From Chloroflexota bacterium (GTDB lineage: Bacteria > Chloroflexota > Chloroflexia > QHBQ01), in NCBI GenBank assembly GCA_043754535.1, contig JAYUUN010000124.1, positions 6,454 to 70,453 of the forward strand: DNA of 64,000 bases, in the 5' to 3' direction. Made by a program: the position numbers and the translations under genes. The notes under the pieces were generated by a model. It did no database searches. It was not told where the DNA came from and saw only the letters and a list, made by a program, of their open reading frames with translations. This document shows, in pieces, positions 47,857 through 57,094 of the stretch (position 1 is its first letter; each line of letters opens with the position of its first letter).

Positions 47857-50772
47857 ATGAGGAACAAGAGAGTACAGAGTTTCGTAGCTCTGGGTTTGAC
47901 CGCGCTGCTGCTGATCATGACGCTGGGGCAGTCCCTGACGACCAGCGCAAGGAGCTTGACCGCTGCGCCTGCCAGCCAAGCGGTGAATGGCAACTCGGCT
48001 GATGCTGACAAGGCACCAGCTGGTGCCGTGCAAGCACCGGCAGTTGACACCTCGAAGGGCTATGCTCCGCACACCCCACTGGTAGAAGACCCTGGCCCGT
48101 GGAGCAACGGCACAACTGGCCCTGCTGCACGTTACCGCTTTGGCTCCGCTTCTGACGGCGTGCGCTATATCTATGTCTACGGTGGTGGTGATGGTGCTGG
48201 GGCGATCAACACCCTCTGGCGTTGGGACTCGACCAACGGCACCTGGACGCAGCTTGCCAATATGCCCACTGCCAAGCAGAACGTGCAGGGCGCATACTAC
48301 AACGGCAAGATTTACGTGCCAGGCGGCTATACTGGTGCTGCCCACATCAACGAGAATGCGATCTACGACGTCGCTACTAATGTTTGGACAACTGGCACAG
48401 CTCAGACGGTAGCGCAGAGTGGGACGACCGCTGCGTACAATGGCAACATCTACGTCTTCGGCGGTAATCCTGGGCCTAGCAATACAACCCTGATCTACAG
48501 CACCACGGCCAATACCTGGACGGCAGGGGCGAATCTGCCCGTCGCTATCACATACGGACGCGCAGTTGTTGCTGGGAGCTACATTTACTATGCAGGCGGC
48601 ATCGCTGCTGGCACTAGTGCCGGCGCACTCTATCGCTATGATCCTGCTGCCAACACCTGGACGACGCTTGCGGCGATGCAGACTGCGCGGAGCAGCGAAG
48701 AACTGATCGCATCACCCACTGGCAGTAAGCTCTACGCCATCGGTGGCGCAACCGGTACTACCTTCTTCAGTGGCTTGCCCCTCTCCCAAACGGTTGAAGT
48801 ATACGACGTTACCGCCAACACCTGGTCCTATGGCTCTCCGCTCGTCACTACTGCTTCTGGGGTTGGTGGTGGACGTGTAGGCAACAACCTGATGATCCTG
48901 GGTGGCGTTGACGGTACTACCTACTTTAACAACGTACAGGTGTCAACTGTCACTGGTGGCTCAACCGCAACCAGCACCCCGGTGCCGCCGACTGCAACCA
49001 GTACCCCTGCAGGCCCAACTGTGACCGCGACCGCGACCCGCACCGCCACAGCGGTACCAACGGCATCGCTGACCGCGATCCCTGTTAGTTCGACTAACTG
49101 GAGTGCCTTGCCTGCCCTACCCAGCGAGCGGTTCCGCCTGGCGGCTGGTGCAGCCAACAACCGCGTCTATGCCTTCGCTGGCCGTCCGAACAACACTATC
49201 TACCTGACCAGCATCGTCTCGATCAACCCTTACACCGGCACGGCCTGGATCACGGAGACGGCCACCTTCCCAACCGCGCGCACCGCTAACCTGCAATCTG
49301 CCACCTTGACCGAAACCAGTGGCACCTACGTCTATCTGGTGGGTGGCTCTGGTGCCGCCTCCGACCTCAGCGGCACCAGCACCGTCTACCGCTTCGACCC
49401 GACCAGCAGCACCATAACCGTCCTCAGCGACTCGCTGCCACTCACCAACACGACTGGCCTCGGCTCGGCGGTACTCAACAACAAGTGGTACATCTTCGGT
49501 GGCTTCACCCCACCGACTAACACCCTCTCTGCCCAGACCTACGTGTTCGACCCCAATGGCACCCCTGGCAGCAAGTGGAGTCGGATCAGCAGTGCTGACC
49601 TCAGCATCGCGCGCACCTACATCGCTGGCACCGCCTTCGATGGTCGCGTCTACGCCATCGGAGGGGCCAACTTCGTAGGGGTAAGCCTCAACGACCTGAA
49701 CATTGTCGAAGTAATGACTCCAACCGACACTACCCCGACCTGGCGGCGCATTGCTGACCTGCCCGTGGGCCTGAGCAACAATCAGGCTTACAGTTGGAAC
49801 ACCAACAGTGGCTACCCGAACGCTGGGCGCGCTGTCGTCTGCGGCGGTGGCTTTGTCACCATCGGCCAGGAGTGCTACCAGTACATCCCCAGCGCAGACC
49901 GCTGGCAGAGCTTCCCATCGCTGCTCAACATCAAGCGCAACTTCGGTAAGGCGCAGATGAACGGCTACTGGTACGCTATCGGTGGCACTGAGGACGGCAC
50001 AGTTGGTAGCACCGATGCGGAGACCAACCCGGCTGCCAACTCGCTGCCAACCCCGACCGCAACCACCCCGGCTAGCACAGCCACTTCTACCGCTACTGCC
50101 ACGCTTACGGCCACCGCCACCCTTACGGCCACCGCTACCTCTACCGCTACTGCCATCCTCACCTCTACCGCCACTGCCACCGCCTGCTCGATCACCTTCA
50201 GTGACGTACCGACGAGCAACCTGTTCTACGGTGACATCCAGTACCTGGCCTGCCGCAACATCGTCAATGGTGCGAATGGCCTGTTCCGGCCCAACGCCAA
50301 CGCCACTCGCGGTGAGTTTGCCAAGATCGCCGTCCTGGGCTTTGGCCTCGCTCCCTTCACCCCCGCCAGCGGCCAGACCTTCGTAGACGTAGCTCCTGGC
50401 AGCGTGTTCTTCGGCTTCATCGAAGCTGCCGCTCGTGCTGGGGTCGTCAACGGCCTCTCGGCTGCCCAGTGCGCTGCCCTCGGCACGCCCGGCACCTGCT
50501 ACGGCCCCAACGTGCAGATCAGCCGCGTACAGGTAGCTGTGATCGTGCAGCGGGCAAAGGGTTACGCCCTGGTTACGCCAACTGTCGCCACCTTCCGCGA
50601 CGTGCCAGTGGGTGCCTTTGGCTTCCAAGCCATTGAGACCTTGGCCTCACGCAACATCATCAACGGTGCAACCTGCGTCACTGGCGGCGGCATCTGCTTC
50701 CGTCCGAACGACAACATCAAGCGCGGTGAACTGAGCAAGGTTGTGCGCCGCGCCATCGAATCGGCCCCGTAG
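47857..50772 (+). CDS. Secreted surface protein: two Kelch beta-propellers, Thr/Ala-rich linkers, three C-terminal SLH repeats
   Basis: Signal peptide; Kelch repeats (IYVYGG, IYVPGG, IYVFGG, LYAIGG...W); TAT linkers; SLH repeats FSDVP..FRPNANATRGEF, FVDVAP..PNVQISRVQ and FRDVP..FRPNDNIKRGEL. Confidence 0.92.
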   Translation: MRNKRVQSFVALGLTALLLIMTLGQSLTTSARSLTAAPASQAVNGNSADADKAPAGAVQAPAVDTSKGYAPHTPLVEDPGPWSNGTTGPAARYRFGSASDGVRYIYVYGGGDGAGAINTLWRWDSTNGTWTQLANMPTAKQNVQGAYYNGKIYVPGGYTGAAHINENAIYDVATNVWTTGTAQTVAQSGTTAAYNGNIYVFGGNPGPSNTTLIYSTTANTWTAGANLPVAITYGRAVVAGSYIYYAGGIAAGTSAGALYRYDPAANTWTTLAAMQTARSSEELIASPTGSKLYAIGGATGTTFFSGLPLSQTVEVYDVTANTWSYGSPLVTTASGVGGGRVGNNLMILGGVDGTTYFNNVQVSTVTGGSTATSTPVPPTATSTPAGPTVTATATRTATAVPTASLTAIPVSSTNWSALPALPSERFRLAAGAANNRVYAFAGRPNNTIYLTSIVSINPYTGTAWITETATFPTARTANLQSATLTETSGTYVYLVGGSGAASDLSGTSTVYRFDPTSSTITVLSDSLPLTNTTGLGSAVLNNKWYIFGGFTPPTNTLSAQTYVFDPNGTPGSKWSRISSADLSIARTYIAGTAFDGRVYAIGGANFVGVSLNDLNIVEVMTPTDTTPTWRRIADLPVGLSNNQAYSWNTNSGYPNAGRAVVCGGGFVTIGQECYQYIPSADRWQSFPSLLNIKRNFGKAQMNGYWYAIGGTEDGTVGSTDAETNPAANSLPTPTATTPASTATSTATATLTATATLTATATSTATAILTSTATATACSITFSDVPTSNLFYGDIQYLACRNIVNGANGLFRPNANATRGEFAKIAVLGFGLAPFTPASGQTFVDVAPGSVFFGFIEAAARAGVVNGLSAAQCAALGTPGTCYGPNVQISRVQVAVIVQRAKGYALVTPTVATFRDVPVGAFGFQAIETLASRNIINGATCVTGGGICFRPNDNIKRGELSKVVRRAIESAP
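50080..50181 (+). repeat. 18-bp degenerate tandem repeats encoding the ATxTAT linker
   Basis: GCCACTTCTACCGCTACT / GCCACGCTTACGGCCACC / GCCACCCTTACGGCCACC / GCTACCTCTACCGCTACT... Confidence 0.8.
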
Positions 50773-50825
50773 TAGCCACCACCTTGCGGCCTGCGGAGCA
50801 ATCCACAAGCCGCAACCCACAAAGC

Positions 50826-50861
50826 AGCCCCGCCAGCTTCGGCTAGCGGGGCTATCTTTTT
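50826..50861 (+). terminator. Intrinsic terminator of the SLH gene
   Basis: AGCCCCGCCAGC-TTCG-GCTAGCGGGGCT followed by ATCTTTTT. A second hairpin, TTGCGGC...GCCGCAA (50784-815), precedes it. Confidence 0.85.
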
Positions 50862-50881
50862 GCCAACCAACATCCTTGCTA

Positions 50882-51619
50882 CTACTGGCTTGGGCCAGCC
50901 ACTGCCTCTGGCGGGTTGAAGCGGTAGCCAATGCCGCGCTCGGTGAGGATCATCTGCGGGTGCTGAGGGTCAGCTTCGATCCTCTCGCGCAGGCGGCGGA
51001 TGTAGATACGCAGGTAGTCGATCTCGCCCTTGTACTCTGGCCCCCAGACCCGCTGCAACAGGGTGTCGTGTAGCATCACCTGACCAGCATTGTGCGTTAG
51101 TTGGTCGAGCAACTTGTACTCGGTGGGGGTCAGGCGCACTACCTCACCACGCACGCGGACTTCGTGGGCGGCAAAGTTGATTTGCAAGCTGCCAGCCTTA
51201 AAGTTGGCGGCGGGGCTGCTGGTAGGCAGGGTGGTGCGACGCAGCACAGCTTTGATGCGGGCGGAGAGTTCGAGGTAGCCGAACGGCTTGGTTACATAGT
51301 CGTCGGCCCCCAGTTCGAGGCCGCGCACCTTGTCGATCTCCTCGCCCCGCGCTGTGATCATCAGGATCGGCACATTGCTCTGCTCGCGTAGCTTGCGGCA
51401 GACCTCAAAGCCGTCAATATCGGGCAGGCCAATGTCCAGCAGGATCACATCGGGGTTCTCCTGCGAGAAACGTTGCAGGGCTGCCCGCCCTGTTCCCAGC
51501 CCAACAACGGTGCTACCAGGCCATTGCAGATTGAAGCTGAGGCTGATTGCCTCCACCACATCGGGGTCGTCGTCCACTACCATGATCTTCAAAACATTGT
51601 TGCTTGTTGGTGTGGTCAT
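50882..51619 (-). CDS. OmpR-family response regulator (KdpE-like)
   Basis: VVDDD, LLDIGLP, GADDYVTKPF, LTPTEY, LRERIE and TERGIGYRF. Confidence 0.95.
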   Translation of the reverse strand: MTTPTSNNVLKIMVVDDDPDVVEAISLSFNLQWPGSTVVGLGTGRAALQRFSQENPDVILLDIGLPDIDGFEVCRKLREQSNVPILMITARGEEIDKVRGLELGADDYVTKPFGYLELSARIKAVLRRTTLPTSSPAANFKAGSLQINFAAHEVRVRGEVVRLTPTEYKLLDQLTHNAGQVMLHDTLLQRVWGPEYKGEIDYLRIYIRRLRERIEADPQHPQMILTERGIGYRFNPPEAVAGPSQ

Positions 51620-51692
51620 CTTCTTCTTGTCCGTCCTTTGGTGAGCGCTTGGCGAAGCAGCAGGCAGTTAGCACCTGATCGCTGATCGCCCG

Positions 51693-52829
51693 TTACGGGT
51701 CGCTGGTTGCCGTCGCAAAGCGGGAGAGGGAAAAGCTGTCTAGCGGTAGCACTACTTCGTCCTTCAGCGCGAGGTTCGCCAGCACCTTGCCGACCAGGGG
51801 GGCGAACTTGAAGCCGTGGCCGCTGAAGCCTGCCGCTACGACGACGTTGGCTAGCCCTGGCAGACGGTCGAGGATGAAGTTGCCGTCGGGCGTGTTGTCA
51901 TAGAAGCAGACGTGGGTCTTGACCAACTCTGCGTCGCCGAGGGCCGGGATGTAGCGGCTGAGGAAGCCACGCGCCCCTGCATCAGCCTCGTCGTTCGCAT
52001 ACCAGTCCCGGTGGTTAGGGTCTACAGTAGGGCCGAGACTGTGATCTGCGACCTTTACCGCGTCGAGGCCGAAGCTGGGGAAGCCGTAGAAGCCGCTATC
52101 GAGGTCAGCGAAGACTGGGAAGTTGCGCGGCAGGTAGTGGCTGCGGTCGCCCAGTGGGCGGTAGTAGAGGACAGGCTGGCGGGTATTGCGGACCCAGTCT
52201 ACGCCCAACAGGCGGTTGATCCAGCCGTTGACCGCCAGCACCACTGCATCCGCGATGTAGAGTTGGCCGCCCTGCACGCTGACTATCACCTCGTCACCCC
52301 GCTGCTCAACCGCGCTGACCCGCTGGCCGGGCAGGTAGCGCGCTCCCTTGCTGACCGCACTGTGCCACAGTGTCTCCACGCAGCGGTTGGCAGCCAGGAT
52401 GCCGCCGTTCGGGTCAAGTACGGCACCTTGCAGGCGGGCGGCGGCGAACTGCGGGTAGCGGAGAGCTAGCTGATCCGGCTCCAACAACTCCACCCGCTCG
52501 CCCATGTCGCGCAAGGTGGCATAGCTGTCGAGGGCGAAACCCCCCGCCCCGCTGTCGAGTAGCAGCAGACCCACTTGATGCAGCAGGCTGGCTCCGCTCT
52601 CCAGCTCCAGGTCGCGCCAGAGCCGCCCCGCCTCTTTCGCCCAAACCACGTACTCGCGCTGGCCCGCATAGGAGTAGCGGAATATCTTGCTATAGTCGCT
52701 GCTGGCCGCCATGCTGTTGCCCGCTGCGTCAGCCTCCAGGATAGTCACATCGGCCCCCAGCCTGGTGGCGTAGTCAGCAGTGGCAGCCCCCATCACGCCG
52801 CAACCGACGACGATCAGCCGTTGTTTCAT
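51693..52829 (-). CDS. FAD-dependent oxidase, sarcosine oxidase/N-methyltryptophan oxidase family
   Basis: VGCGVMG, SKIFR, VCFYDNTPD (Cys for covalent FAD) and GFSGHGFKF. Confidence 0.88.
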   Translation of the reverse strand: MKQRLIVVGCGVMGAATADYATRLGADVTILEADAAGNSMAASSDYSKIFRYSYAGQREYVVWAKEAGRLWRDLELESGASLLHQVGLLLLDSGAGGFALDSYATLRDMGERVELLEPDQLALRYPQFAAARLQGAVLDPNGGILAANRCVETLWHSAVSKGARYLPGQRVSAVEQRGDEVIVSVQGGQLYIADAVVLAVNGWINRLLGVDWVRNTRQPVLYYRPLGDRSHYLPRNFPVFADLDSGFYGFPSFGLDAVKVADHSLGPTVDPNHRDWYANDEADAGARGFLSRYIPALGDAELVKTHVCFYDNTPDGNFILDRLPGLANVVVAAGFSGHGFKFAPLVGKVLANLALKDEVVLPLDSFSLSRFATATSDP

Positions 52830-54241
52830 TCTTCAGCCTCCAACGGTGCAAGGCAGAGCGGCAACCAAAAGTAGAAGATGCTACCCCAGCCTGGCCTGCT
52901 CTGCACCCCCACCTGCCCACCCTGCAACTCGATCAGGCTGCGCGTAATCGCCAGACCGAGGCCGAGACCCTCACCGCTGCGCTTCTGGGTCGCCAGCTTG
53001 CCAGTCTCTTGGTGGGCCACGCTGTAGAACTGGTCGAAGACGCGCTCTTGCTGCTCTGGGCTGAGGCCCGGCCCATCGTCGCGCACCTGGACTAGCCCCT
53101 GTTCGCAACCATCCGAGCCAATCCCCCGCCGTAGAGCGACGCTGAGGTGGCCGCCTTCTGGCGCGAACTTGTTGGCGTTGAACAGGAGGTTGAGCAAAGC
53201 CTGCTCCACCCGCCGCTTCTCTGCCTGCACGTAGATCGGCTCGTCGCCCAGGTGGACGCGCAACTCCTGCCGTTTGGCCTCGGTGAGCGGGCGCAGGTGT
53301 TCAGCAGCCTCCTCAACCACTGCCCGCAGGTCAATCTTGGTTGGCACGATCTGCAACCGCCCGGCCTGCAAGCGGGCGAGATCGAGCAGGTCGTTGACCA
53401 GGGCGATCAGCCGCTCGGTGCTGCGGTTGACGTTAGCCAGCAGCTTCAGTTCGGCTTCACTCTGCGGCACCGCCTGCAAGGTGCTGATCGAGGTCTTCAT
53501 CGCGGTGAGTGGGGAGCGCAATTCGTGCGAGACGATGCTGAGGAAGTCACGCTCCATCTGCTCGCGGTTCGCGCTCTCCTCCGCCTTCGCGCTGGCCCGC
53601 CTGCTGCGCTCTGCCTCGGCGTAGAGAGCTTGCCGCAGAGCAACCGTCGCCAATGCTGCCAGACCAAGCGCGTTGATGTAGACGCTGAGGATGCCCAGTA
53701 GCGGCACGTCGTCGCGCTCCAGACCGAGCCAGTAGAGCACCGCACTGAAGATGAAGGTGGCCCCCACATAGCCGAGGCTAGTGATGATGCCGAACTGGGC
53801 GGCGGCAGTGATCACCAGGGTGAAAAAGAGGATGAAGAAGACGCTGTGCGCTCGCCCAGTGAGCATCACCGCCGCCCCCGCCGTCAGCCAGTCTAGCAAG
53901 AGGATAGCGAATACTATGCGCCGATTGTTGTACCGCCGCCTGGTGAGCAGAAAGAGGGTGACGAGCAGGTTGTAGGTGACGGCGGCCATCGCCACCACTG
54001 GCCCTGGCAGGTCGAAGGGCGGACGCGGCAGGTGGCCGATGAAGAAGCTGAGAGCCAGCACGGTCAGCACGCCCAGCCAGCGCACCGCCAGGCTCATCCC
54101 TTCCAGCGAGAAGCCAGATCGCTCGTCGAGGGTGACGAGCAGTTGCCAGCGGCCCGCAGCGATGCCGCGCAACCAGAGCCAGAAGCTACGCGCCTCCCGC
54201 TGCCACCGCCCACCCTTGCGCTCTGTTCGTTCGGCCATCAT
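52826..54241 (-). CDS. Membrane sensor histidine kinase
   Basis: 5-6 N-terminal TM helices; SHELRSPL, NLLFNANKF, DDGPG and GLGLGLAI. Confidence 0.95.
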   Translation of the reverse strand: MMAERTERKGGRWQREARSFWLWLRGIAAGRWQLLVTLDERSGFSLEGMSLAVRWLGVLTVLALSFFIGHLPRPPFDLPGPVVAMAAVTYNLLVTLFLLTRRRYNNRRIVFAILLLDWLTAGAAVMLTGRAHSVFFILFFTLVITAAAQFGIITSLGYVGATFIFSAVLYWLGLERDDVPLLGILSVYINALGLAALATVALRQALYAEAERSRRASAKAEESANREQMERDFLSIVSHELRSPLTAMKTSISTLQAVPQSEAELKLLANVNRSTERLIALVNDLLDLARLQAGRLQIVPTKIDLRAVVEEAAEHLRPLTEAKRQELRVHLGDEPIYVQAEKRRVEQALLNLLFNANKFAPEGGHLSVALRRGIGSDGCEQGLVQVRDDGPGLSPEQQERVFDQFYSVAHQETGKLATQKRSGEGLGLGLAITRSLIELQGGQVGVQSRPGWGSIFYFWLPLCLAPLEAEE

Positions 54242-54267
54242 TGCACCTTTGCCCAGTTGAGGCTATA

Positions 54268-54276
54268 ATTGTAGCA
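54268..54276 (-). promoter_or_regulatory. Extended -10 element for the kinase operon
   Basis: Minus strand reads TGCTACAAT. Confidence 0.4.
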
Positions 54277-54348
54277 TAACCCGTCAATCGTCTCTCCTAC
54301 GCTGCGCGCGGGAGCGGCAAGGTAAATGTGAAAATCTGAACAATCATT

Positions 54349-54357
54349 TGGTATAAT
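54349..54357 (+). promoter_or_regulatory. Extended -10 element for the yajC-like gene
   Basis: TGGTATAAT about 47 bp upstream of ATG 54404. Confidence 0.5.
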
Positions 54358-54403
54358 TGTACCAAAGCGAACAGTTGGAAAGCAACAGAAGGGAGTCTGA
54401 GCT

Positions 54404-54760
54404 ATGGACGGTATGGCCGAAGTCTACATGAGCGGGGTGTTGATCGCCTTCCTCTTTTTCATCTTCCTGATCCTACCAATGATGGTCGAGAACCGCAAGC
54501 GCAAGCGGATCATCGCCAAGTTGGCAGTGGGCGACCTGGTGGTGGCCTACGGTGGGCTGATCGGCAAGGTGGTGGGCGTATACGAGAAGGGACTGCTAAC
54601 TGAAGTCGCCCCTGGGGTGCGCGTGATCCTCGCCACCAGCCTGGTGATGCGCCGCGTTACCCCGCAGGAAGCGCAACTAACCGGTGCGGCAGCCTACCTG
54701 GGCGTAACGCCCGTGCTAGGGAGCAGCGACCTGCTCAAAGAGCAACCTGCCCAGAAGTAG
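54404..54760 (+). CDS. yajC: Preprotein translocase subunit YajC-like
   Basis: Single N-terminal TM, basic stretch, and LAVGDLVVAYGGLIGKV..EVAPGVRV. Confidence 0.7.
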   Translation: MDGMAEVYMSGVLIAFLFFIFLILPMMVENRKRKRIIAKLAVGDLVVAYGGLIGKVVGVYEKGLLTEVAPGVRVILATSLVMRRVTPQEAQLTGAAAYLGVTPVLGSSDLLKEQPAQK

Positions 54761-54854
54761 TTGCCACAGCCTCGCCGAAGTTGGGGACGGTAAGGCTAAT
54801 GGAATATACAGCGGTGATTTGATCTGAGCCAGCAGCAAAGACAGGGTTAGCCAT

Positions 54855-55913
54855 ATGGCAGCAGCGGAACCAACCCCACAGCAGCTAATCGAGCTTACAC
54901 CGAAGCAGCAGCCTGCCAGCAGCCTGGTGCTAGACTTGCTGCGCCCGGTGCTGGTCGTCACCGCTATCGTCTGCCTCATCGAGCTAGTCTTCCAGCGCGG
55001 CCTCTCGCGCATGGGCAACTCGCTGACGATGAGCGGCGTGACTGGGCCGGTGGTGGATGCCTTTTTCTTTGTTGACCGCGTGACCGGGATCAGCCTCAAC
55101 TTCGCGGCCCTCTTTCTGGTCGCCAGCCTGCTGCTGCTCGACTGGCAGGCTCTGCGTGAAAGGGGTAGCTGGCGGCTGCTGCGCCTGACGATCTGTGTTG
55201 GTGTGCTTGCGCTCGTGCTATTCAGCCTCTGGCTAGCCGCCTCGCGCCTGCTCTTTGGTGGCAGCTATGCGGCAGGTCGGGGCTACCAGGTATTGGCCTT
55301 CGCCATGATTGCCCTCGTGCTGCTCTATGCCATCGTTGCGGCGGTAGACTGGCGGGCGCGGCTGATCTTCGCCACTATGCTAGCGGCCTACGCTTGCTCT
55401 GCCTACAACGTGCTGGGCCAGGAGTTGCTGCCGGTCGGCAAGGCGGGTGGGGTAGATTGGGTCTACCCGCTCGGTCAGTTGTTCGTCCTTGTCGCCCTCG
55501 CCATGATTTTCGTCTGCTACATCCTGCCGCTCGGTCGCCCTGATCGGTTGGGCGTTGGCCTCAGCGTGGGGTTGATGCTGCTGTTCAGCGGTCTGATGCT
55601 CGCGCCGCTCAAGGTAGACGTGCCAGCTTACATCGCCATCTTCAGCGGCGGCTACCAATTCTTCCTGCCCCTACCCATCTACATCCTTGTGGTCGGGGTG
55701 GCGGTCTACAGCATTGCGCAGGCGTTGCGCGGGCCACTAAAGGGTTGGGTTGGTAGCACGCCAATCGGCCTCGGCTTGCTGCTAGTTGCAATTGGCGGCT
55801 ACGACCTCAAGCTAGACATCCAGTTCATGCAGGCAACCCTCGGCCTGCTCCTGCTCACCGGGTTCATCGAGTTTGAAGCGCAGTGGGGGCGGCAAGTTAA
55901 ACAGAAGGAGTGA
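54855..55913 (+). CDS. Hypothetical multi-pass membrane protein
   Basis: 352 aa with about 10 TM helices; coupled to the downstream PLP enzyme gene. Confidence 0.7.
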   Translation: MAAAEPTPQQLIELTPKQQPASSLVLDLLRPVLVVTAIVCLIELVFQRGLSRMGNSLTMSGVTGPVVDAFFFVDRVTGISLNFAALFLVASLLLLDWQALRERGSWRLLRLTICVGVLALVLFSLWLAASRLLFGGSYAAGRGYQVLAFAMIALVLLYAIVAAVDWRARLIFATMLAAYACSAYNVLGQELLPVGKAGGVDWVYPLGQLFVLVALAMIFVCYILPLGRPDRLGVGLSVGLMLLFSGLMLAPLKVDVPAYIAIFSGGYQFFLPLPIYILVVGVAVYSIAQALRGPLKGWVGSTPIGLGLLLVAIGGYDLKLDIQFMQATLGLLLLTGFIEFEAQWGRQVKQKE

Positions 55914-55915
55914 TC

Positions 55916-57073
55916 ATGACTATACGCGACGAAGCAGCAGACCAGTACGGCTTTGAGACCAGGGCGATCCATGCGGGTCAGGCACCCGAACCGACGACCG
56001 GCTCAATTCAGGTGCCGATCTTCCAGACCTCCACCTACGTGCAGGATGCGCTCGGCCAGCACAAGGGCTATGAGTACGCACGCACTGGCAACCCGACGCG
56101 CACTGCATTGGAAGCGGCCCTCGCCAGCCTGGAGGGGGGCAACTTTGCCCTCTGCTTTGCCAGCGGCCTGGCGGCAGAGACTACCCTGCTCTACCTGTTC
56201 AAACCAGGCGACCACATCCTCTGCGCCGACGACGTGTATGGCGGCACCTACCGCCTGTTCGTGCGCGTCCTCGCCGATTACGGGCTGAAGTTCGACTTTG
56301 TGGACATGACCGACCTCGCCCTGGTTGAGGCGGCGATCAAGCCAGAGACGAAGGCGGTTTGGGTAGAGACCCCCAGCAATCCCCTGCTCAAGATCGTGGA
56401 CATTGCCGCCCTCAGCCAGATCGCCCACGCGCACGGCGCACGAGTGGTGGCCGATAACACGTTCGCCTCGCCCTATGGTCAGCAGCCGCTCAACCTCGGT
56501 GCCGACATCATCGTGCATAGCATGACCAAGTACATCGGCGGCCACAGCGACCTGGTGGGCGGTGCGTTGATCCTCAACGACGCAGACGATCACGAGCGGC
56601 TCACCTTCTTGCAGAATGCGATTGGGGCTGTGCCGGGGCCACTGGACTGCTGGCTGGCCCTGCGCGGCCTCAAGACACTGGCGATCAGGATGCGGGCGCA
56701 CGAGCAGAACGCAATGGCGATCACCAACTTCCTGCTGGAACACCCTGCTGTGGAGCAGGTGATCTACCCCGGCCACCCCTCGCACCCCCAGTACGAGATC
56801 GCCCGTCGCCAGATGTGCTGCTTCGGTGGCATGATCTCCTTCCTGGTCAAGGGTGGGTTGGAGCAGGCGCAGCGCGTGGTGGAGAAGACGAAGCTGTTCG
56901 CCCTCGCCGAGTCGCTGGGCGGGGTCGAGTCGCTGATCGAACACCCCACCAGCATGACCCACGCCAGCCTCGCCGGTTCGGCCTACCTGCCACCCGCCAA
57001 CCTGATCCGCCTGTCGGTCGGCATCGAAAGTCAGCAGGACTTGCTGGCTGACCTCGCTCAGGCGTTGGCTTGA
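55916..57073 (+). CDS. Cystathionine gamma-synthase/lyase family PLP enzyme
   Basis: YEYARTGNPTR, FASGLAA, DVYGGT, ETPSNP, DNTFASP, HSMTKYIGGHSD and AESLGGVESL. Confidence 0.93.
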   Translation: MTIRDEAADQYGFETRAIHAGQAPEPTTGSIQVPIFQTSTYVQDALGQHKGYEYARTGNPTRTALEAALASLEGGNFALCFASGLAAETTLLYLFKPGDHILCADDVYGGTYRLFVRVLADYGLKFDFVDMTDLALVEAAIKPETKAVWVETPSNPLLKIVDIAALSQIAHAHGARVVADNTFASPYGQQPLNLGADIIVHSMTKYIGGHSDLVGGALILNDADDHERLTFLQNAIGAVPGPLDCWLALRGLKTLAIRMRAHEQNAMAITNFLLEHPAVEQVIYPGHPSHPQYEIARRQMCCFGGMISFLVKGGLEQAQRVVEKTKLFALAESLGGVESLIEHPTSMTHASLAGSAYLPPANLIRLSVGIESQQDLLADLAQALA

Positions 57074-57094
57074 TCCAGCCGCGCCGAATGTTGG

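Noticed and set aside
49117-50628. 503-aa minus-strand ORF with Gly/Arg/Ser repeats
   Set aside because: Antisense shadow of the Kelch-SLH gene; its repeats are simply the reverse complement of the TAT linker.
55860-55915. SAM riboswitch or T-box before the cystathionine enzyme
   Set aside because: There is no intergenic leader; the gene is coupled directly to the upstream membrane protein gene.
56003-56962. 319-aa minus-strand ORF (and similar shadows at 22740..23624, 37219..38220, 15118..15975)
   Set aside because: Each lies antisense to well-supported genes and has no recognisable domain.
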